From positions 162,635 through 226,634 of the forward strand of contig CAJOGD010000001.1 in assembly GCA_905233975.1 (NCBI GenBank): a stretch of 64,000 nt of DNA. The letters run 5' to 3'. The stretch is from an uncultured Alphaproteobacteria bacterium. Lineage in GTDB: Bacteria > Pseudomonadota > Alphaproteobacteria > Rs-D84. This document shows positions 10,675-20,456 of this stretch, piece after piece (position 1 is the stretch's first letter; each line of letters opens with the position of its first letter). The position numbers were made by a program, and so were the translations under genes. The notes under the pieces were generated by a model, which was not told the DNA's origin, made no database searches, and was given only the letters and a program-made list of their open reading frames with translations.

Positions 10675-11346
10675 ATGAAAGAAAACAAATTTTTGTTTTA
10701 CGGTTCGATTGTGGTCACGATTGCGTGCGCGATGTGGTTGCATTTCTTTATGTCGGACGATATAGAATTTGCCTATGAATCAGAAACCATTGAATCTTTG
10801 GATTCAATGGAATCTGATGGGCTGTCACCGGAAGAACCGAAATACACCGTTTCGCATAAATGTGAAACACCGCGCAAGATTCATCACATCATATACGAAC
10901 GCGGGAATATTATTACCGACGAATACGATACTTATAATGCCCAGTGTTTATGCATGGTGTCGATTGGAAATCAAAAGCCGGTGTGGTTTGATTTAAAGTA
11001 TGTTGATTCAACAATGTTTGAATCAAAAACCGCCGATGAAACAACCGCGCGTTGTAATGACAATTGTCAAACGGTATGCGAAACGGGTTTTAAAATGTTC
11101 CTTGATGATAATCCGGATTTTAAACCGTTTGCGGACGGTGAATTTACCGGATGTTCATCGCAATTTGAATTGCAAAGTTGGGCCCAAGAAACAAATGGCC
11201 AGTCAACCGAACGCTATTACGCAACAAATACAATAACGTGCAATTGCGCGTCGGGCGACAGGACCCAAGAATATCAATATTTCTCTGAATCGGACACGAT
11301 AGAAACCGATTGCAACGAACTGTGCCCGGAAATTTGCGCCGAATAA
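10675..11346 (+). CDS. Cysteine-rich membrane-anchored hypothetical protein (223 aa, 17 Cys)
   Basis: N-terminal TM helix, acidic repeat, and many CxC or CxxxC pairs. It starts 4 nt after the ileS stop and ends 2 nt before nth. Confidence 0.45.
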   Translation: MKENKFLFYGSIVVTIACAMWLHFFMSDDIEFAYESETIESLDSMESDGLSPEEPKYTVSHKCETPRKIHHIIYERGNIITDEYDTYNAQCLCMVSIGNQKPVWFDLKYVDSTMFESKTADETTARCNDNCQTVCETGFKMFLDDNPDFKPFADGEFTGCSSQFELQSWAQETNGQSTERYYATNTITCNCASGDRTQEYQYFSESDTIETDCNELCPEICAE

Positions 11347-11347
11347 T

Positions 11348-11998
11348 ATGATAACGCCGCGGGATTTTTTCGAAATTGTTCCAAAGAATCTGAATATGGA
11401 AATTCGTTCGGAATTATATTCGACGAACGAATTTACATTTGCGGTCGCGGTGATTTTGTCGGCCCAGGCGACGGATAAAAAGGTGAACGAGGTCACGCCC
11501 GCCCTATTCCGCGTTGCGCCAACCCCGCAAAAAATGTTGGAATTGGGAATTGATGGTTTAAAAGAACACATCAAAGTAATTTCTTTTTTTAATAACAAGG
11601 CAAAAAATATAATCGCCCTCGCAGAAAGGTTAAAAGACATTCCAACCGATAAGGATAATTTTGTTTTCCCCAAAAAATATCATAATCGCGATGAACTTAT
11701 CAAACTGCCGGGCATCGGGCAAAAGACCGCAAACGTCATCACAAATGTTTTATGGAATGCGCCGAATATCGGGGTTGATACGCATGTTTTCCGCCTTTCG
11801 CATCGTTATGGTTGGGTGACGGATTCCGCAAATACGCCCGAAAAGGTAGAGGCGGAATTGCTGAAAAAAATTCCAAAGAAATACCACGCGATAACAAATC
11901 ATGTAATGGTGCTGTTCGGCCGATATACTTGCACCGCCCTGCGTCCCAAATGCGCAACCTGTCCCCTTGCAAAAATTTGCGATTACCATAATAAATAA
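11348..11998 (+). CDS. nth: Endonuclease III
   Basis: HhH-GPD (LPGIGQKTANVI) and a C-terminal 4Fe-4S cluster CATCPLAKIC. Confidence 0.85.
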   Translation: MITPRDFFEIVPKNLNMEIRSELYSTNEFTFAVAVILSAQATDKKVNEVTPALFRVAPTPQKMLELGIDGLKEHIKVISFFNNKAKNIIALAERLKDIPTDKDNFVFPKKYHNRDELIKLPGIGQKTANVITNVLWNAPNIGVDTHVFRLSHRYGWVTDSANTPEKVEAELLKKIPKKYHAITNHVMVLFGRYTCTALRPKCATCPLAKICDYHNK

Positions 11999-12056
11999 TC
12001 TTGCAAGTTGCCTTTTTACATATATAATGAAATCGTATGGCAACCACCATACCATG

Positions 12057-12212
12057 ACAGAGGCCTAAGAACCCTCTATAGACGCGCCTTAGAAAGACGA
12101 TAAAGCCTTCTGCGCTATGTGCAGGAGGCCGACCGAATAATCAATAAGTCGGGCTATTGTTGTCTATAGTAGTTCTTACCTCCTGCCATCTTTTTTGAAA
12201 GATGGTTTTTTA
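12057..12212 (+). ncRNA. Candidate structured small RNA or long imperfect inverted repeat, ending in a terminator-like hairpin
   Basis: Arm 'aggcctaagaaccctctatagac' (12060-12082) pairs with arm 'gtctatagtagttcttacctcct' (12163-12185). The hairpin ccatcttttttgaaagatgg + ttttt follows at 12185-12210. Confidence 0.3.
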
Positions 12213-12231
12213 AATAAGCAAAGGGGTAAAA

Positions 12232-12411
12232 ATGACACACGAAAAAGATTGGTTAAAAGATGTTGCTGAAAAATCATTACAGGGTTGTTTGATGAATTTC
12301 TTTGATAAAAACCCAAAATATAAAATTGACCCGATAAGTTTTGTGGCGGCTTTGCAATTGATGATAAATGAATTCGCCAAACGTTTTCAAAATCCGTCAC
12401 AATACGAATAA
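12232..12411 (+). CDS. Small hypothetical protein (59 aa, below the ORF-track cutoff)
   Basis: ATG at 12232 with SD 'aaagggg' 8 nt upstream. Translation: MTHEKDWLKDVAEKSLQGCLMNFFDKNPKYKIDPISFVAALQLMINEFAKRFQNPSQYE. Confidence 0.3.
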   Translation: MTHEKDWLKDVAEKSLQGCLMNFFDKNPKYKIDPISFVAALQLMINEFAKRFQNPSQYE

Positions 12412-12451
12412 CCCCTGTTCCACGAAACCTTGGCGAAGTGGGGACCGCCCA

Positions 12452-14095
12452 CTAACACTTTAACTTTCGCAGCACCACCATAATCCCCGCGGGTGTCATG
12501 CCGGGGATTTTTTGCAATTCTGCAATATTTGCCGGGCGAACATGTTTCAATTTTTCGCAAAGTTCGTTTGTCAGCCCCGGCATATTATCATAGTCAAAAT
12601 CGGCCGGGATTTTTATTTCCTTGTCGCGCCGATACGATTCAATTTCCCGGTTGTTTCGCATAATATACCCGGCATAGAATTTATCATTTTCGGAAATTTT
12701 CCCGGCTTTTTTGTTCATTTTGTTCAAAAAGGCCGGCAAATCGATTAAACCCAAATCGACACCAATTTGCCCCAAACGCGCAATCGCATTATCGGCACGC
12801 AGGTTCAAACGATACTCCGACCGCGATGTGAACATACGATACGGTTCGTCCACACCAAGTGTCGTTATGTCATCAATCATAACACCAATCATAGAATTTG
12901 TTCGGTCAATATCCAATGTGGAAAGGTCAAGCGCGAAAGCGGCGGCATTTGCACCCGCAACCAAGCCCTGGGCCGCGGCCTCTTCATAACCCGATGTTCC
13001 GTTTATTTGCCCGGCAAAGAATAACCCCGGCGCGCCACGCGCCATCAAATGTTTATCAATCGCGCGTGCATCAATCGCATCGTATTCAATCGCATATCCA
13101 TACCGCGCAAAGCGTGCATTTTGTAAGCCCGGAATTGTGCGAATCCATTGGTCTTGGATATCGGCACCGAAACTTGTTGAAATACCATTTGGATAAATCA
13201 AATCGCTGTGTAATCCTTCGGGTTCCAAAAATACATGGTGCGAAGTATGATCGGGAAACCGCATAACTTTATCTTCTATCGATGGACAATATCGCGGCCC
13301 AATGCCGGTTATGTCACCGTTATACATCGGCGCGTTTTTTATATTTTGCCGAATTATTTCATGTGTTTCGCCCGTTGTGTGCGTGATAAAGCAAACCGCC
13401 GTATTATTATCCACATCGCAACCATCGGAAAACCAATCGTGCGGTGTGTCGGGCAATTGTTCTTCGCATACGGAAAAATCGATAGAATCGCGATAAATCC
13501 GCGCCGGCGTTCCGGTTTTAAGTCGAATTATATCAAAACCAAAATCGCGCAATGCGGCGGAAATCACCGTATCGGGCAATTGATATTCACCGCTATCCAT
13601 AATTCGTCCGGACGGAATTTTATCGCCGCCCATCGTCACAAGACCGCACAAAAAAGTCCCGGTCGTGAATACGACGGATTTCGCCGTATAGACGCCGTTT
13701 ATAATTTTGTTTTCTAAATCGATAGATTCAACCTGTTCAAATTTAATGGTCAGGTTTGTATATTCACGCAAAATTTCCACAATCGCGGAATGATACAGTT
13801 CGCGGTCAATCTGCGCGCGCAAGGCCTGCGTCGCCGGGCCATGCGACGCATTAAGGGTTCGAAAATGAATGCCCGCCATATCCGCGGCGCGCGGCATAAC
13901 ACCACCCAGTGCGTCCATTTCCGCAACCATTTGCGATTTGCCCGGGCCGCCAATCGACGGATTGCACGACATCGCACCCAAATCAGATTCGCGCATTGTA
14001 ATCAGCAGTGTCCTTGCACCACGCCGCGCCGCGGCCGCGGCCGCTTCGGTTCCGGCATGTCCACCACCAATAACAATGACATCAAAATTTTGCAT
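12452..14095 (-). CDS. mnmG: tRNA uridine 5-carboxymethylaminomethyl modification enzyme MnmG (GidA)
   Basis: N-terminal FAD fold IVIGGGHAGTEAA and C-terminal PGMTPAGI motif. The stop overlaps the fabG start. Confidence 0.85.
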   Translation of the reverse strand: MQNFDVIVIGGGHAGTEAAAAAARRGARTLLITMRESDLGAMSCNPSIGGPGKSQMVAEMDALGGVMPRAADMAGIHFRTLNASHGPATQALRAQIDRELYHSAIVEILREYTNLTIKFEQVESIDLENKIINGVYTAKSVVFTTGTFLCGLVTMGGDKIPSGRIMDSGEYQLPDTVISAALRDFGFDIIRLKTGTPARIYRDSIDFSVCEEQLPDTPHDWFSDGCDVDNNTAVCFITHTTGETHEIIRQNIKNAPMYNGDITGIGPRYCPSIEDKVMRFPDHTSHHVFLEPEGLHSDLIYPNGISTSFGADIQDQWIRTIPGLQNARFARYGYAIEYDAIDARAIDKHLMARGAPGLFFAGQINGTSGYEEAAAQGLVAGANAAAFALDLSTLDIDRTNSMIGVMIDDITTLGVDEPYRMFTSRSEYRLNLRADNAIARLGQIGVDLGLIDLPAFLNKMNKKAGKISENDKFYAGYIMRNNREIESYRRDKEIKIPADFDYDNMPGLTNELCEKLKHVRPANIAELQKIPGMTPAGIMVVLRKLKC

Positions 14096-14826
14096 TAAAA
14101 CCGCCCAAGCCCACCATTGATATGCAATGTTTGGCCATTGATATATGACGCCGCGTCACTTGCCAAGAACACGCACGCGTTCGCAATATCTTCGGGTTCG
14201 CCAAAGCGGCCCGCCGGAATTTGCGCCAAATAATTCTTTTTCAATTCGTCGGGCAAAACATCAGTCATCGGTGTTTTGATAAAGCCTGGCGCAATCGCAT
14301 TCGCGGTAATGCCGCGCGATGCAACCTCTGCCGCAATCGATTTTGTCATCGCAATCATGCCGCCCTTGCTGGCCGCATAGTTCGCCTGGCCCGCGCCACC
14401 GATTGCACCGATAATCGACGCCATATTTATAATGCGGCCAAAGCGTTGCTTCATCATCGGCATAATCGCCGCACGACACATTTTGAAACAAGACCGCAAA
14501 TTCGTATTGATAACATTATCGAACTGTTCGTCCGTCATGCGCATAAGCAACGTATCCGCCGTAATTCCCGCGTTGTTGATTAAAACATCTAACCGTCCGC
14601 ATTTTTCGATTGCGTCCATAACCAATTCAACCGCCGCGCCATCGCCCGCCAAGTCCGCCGGAATCTTTACATAAGAATCGTCGAATTCAGAATTAAGTTT
14701 CGCGATATTACGCCCCGACACAACAACCGTTGCACCCGCCTCTTTCATTTTGCGCGCGATTGCCCCGCCGATTCCGCCGGTCGCGCCAGTTATTAAAACA
14801 ACTTTGTCTTTCAAATCGAACATCAT
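14095..14826 (-). CDS. fabG: 3-oxoacyl-[ACP] reductase
   Basis: SDR glycine motif ITGATGGIGGAIA and the catalytic NAGI...YAASK motif. Confidence 0.85.
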   Translation of the reverse strand: MMFDLKDKVVLITGATGGIGGAIARKMKEAGATVVVSGRNIAKLNSEFDDSYVKIPADLAGDGAAVELVMDAIEKCGRLDVLINNAGITADTLLMRMTDEQFDNVINTNLRSCFKMCRAAIMPMMKQRFGRIINMASIIGAIGGAGQANYAASKGGMIAMTKSIAAEVASRGITANAIAPGFIKTPMTDVLPDELKKNYLAQIPAGRFGEPEDIANACVFLASDAASYINGQTLHINGGLGRF

Positions 14827-14841
14827 AAATTCCTTTATCGC

Positions 14842-15042
14842 CTAGTGTGATTTCACGACCTGAACTACTTTTTGTGTGCCAGCCGACACCATGGCGGGCG
14901 TAATCGTCACATTTTTGCCGTTAATTTTCACCGTTGTAGATTTGCCGCTTTTTTCCACAACACTCATAATCCCCATCACAAAATCATAAAGTTTCGATGG
15001 TCCTTCACTTGAAGAATATGTTAATTCTATTCCTTTTTTCAT
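14842..15042 (-). CDS. Small hypothetical protein (66 aa) between fabD and fabG. It is not ACP-like.
   Basis: SD 'ggaga' lies 8 nt upstream. There is no DSL phosphopantetheine motif. The position matches where acpP is often found. Confidence 0.35.
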   Translation of the reverse strand: MKKGIELTYSSSEGPSKLYDFVMGIMSVVEKSGKSTTVKINGKNVTITPAMVSAGTQKVVQVVKSH

Positions 15043-15043
15043 T

Positions 15044-15919
15044 TTATATCTCCATTTTTTTTCCTTCCATGTCTGGACAGATTCTTTTTGTTAAACCGGT
15101 CAAGACCGCACCCGGCCCGACCTCTATCGTTTCTGTAATTCCCAAATCGTGCATGGCCAAAACGCTTTCGCGCCAACGAACGCCATGTGTGATTTGGTAA
15201 ACCAAAGCTTCACGAATTTCATCGGGTTCGCTTATCGGCGTGCATGTTTTATTTGAAATCAGCGCGGCCGCCGGTTTTTTTATTTCCGTCTGCGCCAATG
15301 CCGCGCGCATCTCTTCTGCGGCGGGCGATTGAATCCGACAATGCACCGGTACCGAAAGCGCAAGTGGCATGGCGCGTTTTGCACCGGCCGCCCGCGCGTC
15401 TTCTAACGTTTTTTCAACAATTTCGCGTGCGCCCGAAATCACAACCTGGCCCGGGGAATTATCGTTCGCAACATCACAATCGTTCTTTGCACAAATGTCG
15501 CGCACCGCGTCAATATCCAAACCCAAAATAACGGCGGTAAGGCCCCGCCCCACCGGCACCGCGCGCTGCATCGCGTCCCCACGCAGGCGCAATAATTTCG
15601 CCGTATCCGCAACCGACAACGCGCCCGCCGCACAAAGCGCCGTATATTCGCCCAGTGAATGTCCCGCAACGTATTGCGTGAGTGGCACGTTCGCCGCACG
15701 CAACATCGCAATAGATGTCGCCATAATTGCCGGCTGAACATTTGTGGTTAATGTTAAATCTTCCATCGGCCCGTTAAAAATAATATCGGACAGTTTTTGA
15801 CCCAATGCGTCGTCAACCTCGTCAAACACCGCGCGCGCGGCCGCATTATTTTCGTACAGTTCGCGCCCCATGCCGACGGCCTGGGAACCCTGACCCGGAA
15901 AAACAAATATCGATGACAT
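15044..15919 (-). CDS. fabD: Malonyl-CoA-ACP transacylase
   Basis: FVFPGQGSQAVGMG...GHSLGEY motifs. The start was moved to the internal ATG at 15919 (SD 'aaggag'), because the long N-terminal extension in the ORF track has no homology. Confidence 0.85.
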   Translation of the reverse strand: MSSIFVFPGQGSQAVGMGRELYENNAAARAVFDEVDDALGQKLSDIIFNGPMEDLTLTTNVQPAIMATSIAMLRAANVPLTQYVAGHSLGEYTALCAAGALSVADTAKLLRLRGDAMQRAVPVGRGLTAVILGLDIDAVRDICAKNDCDVANDNSPGQVVISGAREIVEKTLEDARAAGAKRAMPLALSVPVHCRIQSPAAEEMRAALAQTEIKKPAAALISNKTCTPISEPDEIREALVYQITHGVRWRESVLAMHDLGITETIEVGPGAVLTGLTKRICPDMEGKKMEI

Positions 15920-15950
15920 ATCGTCACTCCTTTGATAAATCATATGCTGA

Positions 15951-16493
15951 TTATACTTTACGAATACTAAATTCGCAACCGCAATAATTTTGGCGGTAAA
16001 AATCGGATTCACGATTGATTTTTTGCCGCAAAGTTTCGTCCCATTTAATCGGCAAATATGTAATTTTCCCCGGCGCGGATTCTGCCGCCGCGTCAACCTG
16101 GGCCTGGTCTTTGTGGCGCGATACACCGAATACGGACGCAATTGCATTGTACCCATTTTCGCGTGCGAACTTTTTCGCATATTCAAACCGGTATGCAAAA
16201 CAAACGCTGCACCGCGCGCCGCGTTCAGGCTCGGCCTCTAACCCCCGTACCGCCGCGCGCCATGCGTCATGGTCATATTCACAGATTTTATATTTTACGC
16301 CCAATTTTTCACAGTATTTAACCTGCTCTTGCATGCGTTTTGTGTATTCGCTTTCCGGCCAAATATTTGGATTGAAAAAAAGGACGATAAAATCGTCTAT
16401 GCGTTGGATTTCGCCGCGGACAAGTTGTTGAATGGCACCGGCCGAACATGGCGCACAGCAAGACATCAAAACAAGTTTAATTTTATCGTTCAA
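15951..16493 (-). CDS. queH: Epoxyqueuosine reductase QueH (DUF208)
   Basis: SCCAPCS...C..C motifs typical of QueH. 180 aa. Confidence 0.6.
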   Translation of the reverse strand: MNDKIKLVLMSCCAPCSAGAIQQLVRGEIQRIDDFIVLFFNPNIWPESEYTKRMQEQVKYCEKLGVKYKICEYDHDAWRAAVRGLEAEPERGARCSVCFAYRFEYAKKFARENGYNAIASVFGVSRHKDQAQVDAAAESAPGKITYLPIKWDETLRQKINRESDFYRQNYCGCEFSIRKV

Positions 16494-16517
16494 CTGTGCG
16501 CCTTTGTTCTCTTGATA

Positions 16518-17021
16518 TTACCCGATACGTGTTTTTGCTCTGAATTCCGGACCGAAAAAATTGTGTAAGGCAGGTGAGTCAACTGTCACAAAATCTTGTT
16601 TTTTGCCTTTGGATGCTTTTTTCGAATCAAGATTTATTGTTGATTGGGGCCAGACAAGCCGTATATGGCCGTCTACTACATCAACAACGACGTGTCTATC
16701 TTTGTTGAGGAGAGCATATACCCCAGAAGGTTGCAGAATAACCCCGGAATTTTCAAATCTTGGTTCGAGATTTAATTTCGGTAGATTATGTTCTTGCCGC
16801 CAAATGTTTGCCTCTTTTTGGGTCAAAACATACGGATAACTAATGATTATCGATTTTTTGTTTTTGGGTTTGCCATCTTCTGTTTCTTCTTTTTCCAATA
16901 CGAAGAATCCCGTAGGGGCCTGCAAGTTGTTTTTTCGTTTTTCGATAACTTTTGGTAATTCTTTCAACGAAATTTGTCGTCTTTCACCATCGATAATTGT
17001 GTAATATTTTTCTTCTGTCAT
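16518..17021 (-). CDS. Hypothetical protein (167 aa)
   Basis: ORF packed between queH and metG, with SD 'aaggag' upstream. Confidence 0.4.
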   Translation of the reverse strand: MTEEKYYTIIDGERRQISLKELPKVIEKRKNNLQAPTGFFVLEKEETEDGKPKNKKSIIISYPYVLTQKEANIWRQEHNLPKLNLEPRFENSGVILQPSGVYALLNKDRHVVVDVVDGHIRLVWPQSTINLDSKKASKGKKQDFVTVDSPALHNFFGPEFRAKTRIG

Positions 17022-17032
17022 TTTTTTACTCC

Positions 17033-18652
17033 TTATTCATCTTTTAGTTCGATTCTGTTAAAAAGGTTTTCTGGCACAGTAAACTTTTCGCCCGCGCCAA
17101 TGCGGTGTTCATATTCGGTCGGCCAAGACAAATCATGTTCGCCGGCAAAAATATTTTGAATTTTTTCCGCCGCGTCCGGGATAATCGGCGCCGACACACG
17201 CGCGAACAAATCAATCAACCCGAAACATTCATTCAAAACCGCCGCCGCGCCCGCCATATCGCCGTTTTTTACCAACGCCCATGGTTCCCGCGCCGTCATA
17301 TATTCGTTTGCGATTCCGTAAATATCACGCAGTGCGACAATGGATTTCCGAAATTCGCACGCGTCCAATGCCGCGGTCAGTTCCGCAATCTTTGCATTAA
17401 CCCGGCCCGCCAATTCCGCGTCCGCCGCGTCCGCCGCCGGCACAGTGTCGCCAAAATTTTTCTGCGACAGTTTGCACACGCGCGACACAAAGTTGCCAAG
17501 CAAACCGTTCAAATCTTTATTCACAATTTCCGCAAACCGCGTCATTGTAAAGTCAGTATCGTCGCTTTCGGGTGCGGACGCCAACAACGCATAACGCCAA
17601 CAATCAGACGGTGCGATGGAAAGCGCCGCATCAAGGAAAATTCCGTTGCCGGTTGACTTTGAAATTTTTGCGCCGTTAAAGTTCAAAAAGTTTTGACCCT
17701 TTAACACATCGACGGTTTTCCAATTGTCGTCCATCGCCAATTCTTGGGCCGGGAAAAACACAGAATGGAAAGACACGTTATCTTTGGCCATAAATTGTGT
17801 ATAGTGGCAATCGGGATTTTTCCACCACGACGCCCAATCCGGATTTGCAATCTGTGAAATTGAAACATAGCCCCATGGCGCGTCAAACCATACATAGAAA
17901 ACCTTGTCTTCGTATCCCGGTTTGTTCACCGGAATTCCCCATTTCAAATCGCGCGTAATTGGGTTGTCGTGCAAACCTTCGTCCAACCATTTGTTCGCAA
18001 TGGTAATCGCCGTCTTTGGCCAACCCACACGCGAATTTATCCATGCGCGCAGTTTATCTTGCATTTTGCTTAATTTAAAATACAAATGTTTTGTTTCGCG
18101 CATTTCAACGGGCGACGAAGGGTCAATCGCGCTATGCGGATTAATCAGTTCGTCCGGGTCCAACGATGCGCCGCATTTTTCGCATTCGTTTCCATACGCG
18201 CGTTCATAACCGCACCGCGGACATGTCCCAATAACATACCGGTCGGCCAAGAACTTTTTTTCATTTACCGAATACGGCTGGCGCGAAGATTTTTCTTCTA
18301 TCATGTTTTGTTCTTCCAACCGATTGAATAATTCGTGAATAAGTTTTTCATGTTGGGGGGTATGTGTGCGGCCATACAAATCAAAAGACAAATTAAAATC
18401 ACGAACGGCGGCCAAATGATTTGCACGATATTTTTCAACATAATCTTCGACAGACATATTTTCGCGCGCCGCGCCAATCTCACTCGTTGTGCCATGTTCG
18501 TCAGACCCGCCGATATAGAGCACATCACGCCCCATCGCGCGACAAAACCGCGCATACACATCGGACGGCAGCAGGCAACCAACCAAATGCCCAATGTGCA
18601 GGTTATTATTAACGTAAGGTAGCGCAGATGTTATAAGATATTTTTTGCCCAT
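17033..18652 (-). CDS. metG: Methionine--tRNA ligase
   Basis: ALPYVNNNLHIGHL (HIGH), KISKS (KMSKS) and a CxxC...CxxC zinc knuckle. The start was set at MGKKYLITSALPY (SD 'aagga'). Confidence 0.9.
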   Translation of the reverse strand: MGKKYLITSALPYVNNNLHIGHLVGCLLPSDVYARFCRAMGRDVLYIGGSDEHGTTSEIGAARENMSVEDYVEKYRANHLAAVRDFNLSFDLYGRTHTPQHEKLIHELFNRLEEQNMIEEKSSRQPYSVNEKKFLADRYVIGTCPRCGYERAYGNECEKCGASLDPDELINPHSAIDPSSPVEMRETKHLYFKLSKMQDKLRAWINSRVGWPKTAITIANKWLDEGLHDNPITRDLKWGIPVNKPGYEDKVFYVWFDAPWGYVSISQIANPDWASWWKNPDCHYTQFMAKDNVSFHSVFFPAQELAMDDNWKTVDVLKGQNFLNFNGAKISKSTGNGIFLDAALSIAPSDCWRYALLASAPESDDTDFTMTRFAEIVNKDLNGLLGNFVSRVCKLSQKNFGDTVPAADAADAELAGRVNAKIAELTAALDACEFRKSIVALRDIYGIANEYMTAREPWALVKNGDMAGAAAVLNECFGLIDLFARVSAPIIPDAAEKIQNIFAGEHDLSWPTEYEHRIGAGEKFTVPENLFNRIELKDE

Positions 18653-18814
18653 TTTGTTATTCCTTTTCGTAAAAAATGACGCCAAACGGGGCGTCCATCC
18701 GAAACCCGTTTATGTTTTTCACAAAATTATATCTGCATTCGTTTCATTTTTAACTCTCCGGAATCTCGCCAAAAACTCGTGGACTGCCACCCGAAGCGTC
18801 ATAGACGCGAAAGA

Positions 18815-18891
18815 TGGTGGGTGGTATTGGACTCGAACCAACGACCTTTACGATGTCAACGTAACGCTCTAACCAACTGAGCTAACCACCC
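18815..18891 (-). tRNA. tRNA-Val (anticodon GAC)
   Basis: The reverse strand folds as GGGTGGT..GCTCAGTTGGTTAGAGC..anticodon loop TTGACAT..GGTTCGAGTCC..ACCACCCACCA. Confidence 0.8.
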
Positions 18892-18941
18892 AAAGCAAGG
18901 GGCATTATAACAGACAATTTCTCAAATGCAAGGATTTAGTA

Positions 18942-20060
18942 TTATTGTTCCTGGGGGATGTAAAGATTTGCGTTTATTTCCGGCCCCGCCCGAAACGTTC
19001 CCGATCCAGACGCTTTGAAATCGCGGCCGATTGTGTCATACATTCCAACATCGTTCCCATGTCTTGCCGGCACAAGGTTTTGAATAAGTTCCCCATTTCT
19101 GTACACCTTATAACTTTTAATGCTGCCGTTAAAATAATACCCGTAAGATCCGCCATAATACCGCGCAAACAAATAATTGTTTGCTGTATTTGTAAATGAA
19201 AACGGTGTGAAATTAACGGTGTTATTATCTATGCTAAGACGTCCCGATACAAAATCGTGAACAATTTTATGCCAATTTGTATCCACAGGTATATTGGTGT
19301 TGACTTTGGTGTTTGTTGAATCATAGGCGTAATATGTTTGATATGCATAAAACGCGCTGCTTTCCCCGGTTTCGTACACCCCATATATGGCACCATATCC
19401 TGTCGCAGAAGAATTTTTAAATTCCGTTTCAACGACATCTGTCCCGGCAAGTTTTATTTCTGTATCAATCCATTGTGTGCCGTCGGATTCAATCCATTCC
19501 AATGGTGTGTAACCGGTCGGTAAAAGTGTGTTATCCGTCGTTGGATTATGTATCGAATAAACCCAACAAAGGTCTGTATCGGGTTTAAATTCCTTACATT
19601 TAAATTCGTTATCAAGTCCGGTCTTTAATGCCGCATTAAATGTTTTCGCATCGATAAGGTTGTCCGCTTGTTCGGTGTATGTGCCGGTGGCCTGATAAAT
19701 CCCCTTTTGCCCTATTCCGCCCGGCTGTCCGGTATATGTGACGGCGGTGTGGTCGTTGACGGCGGCGATGTCGTCTTGTTTCTGATTTAATTTTGTATTA
19801 ACGCCACCAACCATGGGAAGTGATGTGTCGGTTGTGTCGCTGCCCAAATCGGATTTAACTGTGCGTTTCTGCACCGTTCCGGCCGAATCGGTGTATTCCA
19901 TGGCTTTATTCGTGTCCACGCCAAATTTGTTTTGTCGCGTACTAAGTTCATGTTCGACATATTTTAATGACGTCGCGGTTTTCCGGTCCGCCGCTTCTTC
20001 GGCAAACGCTGGCAGTACCGCCGCAATCAACCCGAACAATAAAAACTTTTTTAAATGCAT
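18942..20060 (-). CDS. Secreted variable-family protein, paralog 1 (conserved N-terminal domain, unique C-terminal domain, ends YIPQEQ)
   Basis: Sec signal MHLKKFLLFGLIAAVLPAFA|EE. About 170 aa are nearly identical to the ORFs at 38121, 45432 and 58487. SD 'aagggagag'. Confidence 0.8.
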   Translation of the reverse strand: MHLKKFLLFGLIAAVLPAFAEEAADRKTATSLKYVEHELSTRQNKFGVDTNKAMEYTDSAGTVQKRTVKSDLGSDTTDTSLPMVGGVNTKLNQKQDDIAAVNDHTAVTYTGQPGGIGQKGIYQATGTYTEQADNLIDAKTFNAALKTGLDNEFKCKEFKPDTDLCWVYSIHNPTTDNTLLPTGYTPLEWIESDGTQWIDTEIKLAGTDVVETEFKNSSATGYGAIYGVYETGESSAFYAYQTYYAYDSTNTKVNTNIPVDTNWHKIVHDFVSGRLSIDNNTVNFTPFSFTNTANNYLFARYYGGSYGYYFNGSIKSYKVYRNGELIQNLVPARHGNDVGMYDTIGRDFKASGSGTFRAGPEINANLYIPQEQ

Positions 20061-20456
20061 ATCGCTCTCCCTTTTTCGTTTTAATAACCACTAAAACAAA
20101 CACCGCAATGGAAACCAAGCGGTCGGGGTGTTAGCGTATCACTCAAAACCAAATGATTGTCGACTTTTGGCAAAGCCTGTTGTATAACCGACGCACCCCG
20201 AACCTTTTTATTCGGGGAAAACATAACGATGCAAAATTACAGAAAATTGTCGGATTACGATGTATTCTAATAATTCTGCACCGGGTTTGATAGAGCACGC
20301 TAATGCCCCGAACCAGATTCCCATCTAGTTCAACGCTATTCTATCAGAACACACCAAAACGGGTCAAGGATTTTTTAGTGGTATTTTGCAAACGGGCCGT
20401 CGGGACCGGCTTACTTTTCACTTTTCTTTTATATTTTTTACTATTATAATGCGGGC
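20061..20456 (-). promoter_or_regulatory. Type-A conserved 5' leader: extended -10 box plus a structured ~270-nt 5' UTR
   Basis: Box cTGATAGAATAG (rc of 20336-20347). It shares long blocks (gatgggaatctggttcg, catcgtaatcc, caccccgaccgcttggtttccattgcgg) with the leader at 46398-46800. It has the hairpin ccccgaataaaaggttcgggg. Confidence 0.55.

Noticed and set aside
12512-14120. Multiple 60-160-aa ORFs on the plus strand
   Set aside because: All are antisense to mnmG. They come from the GC-rich third-position pattern of the real gene.
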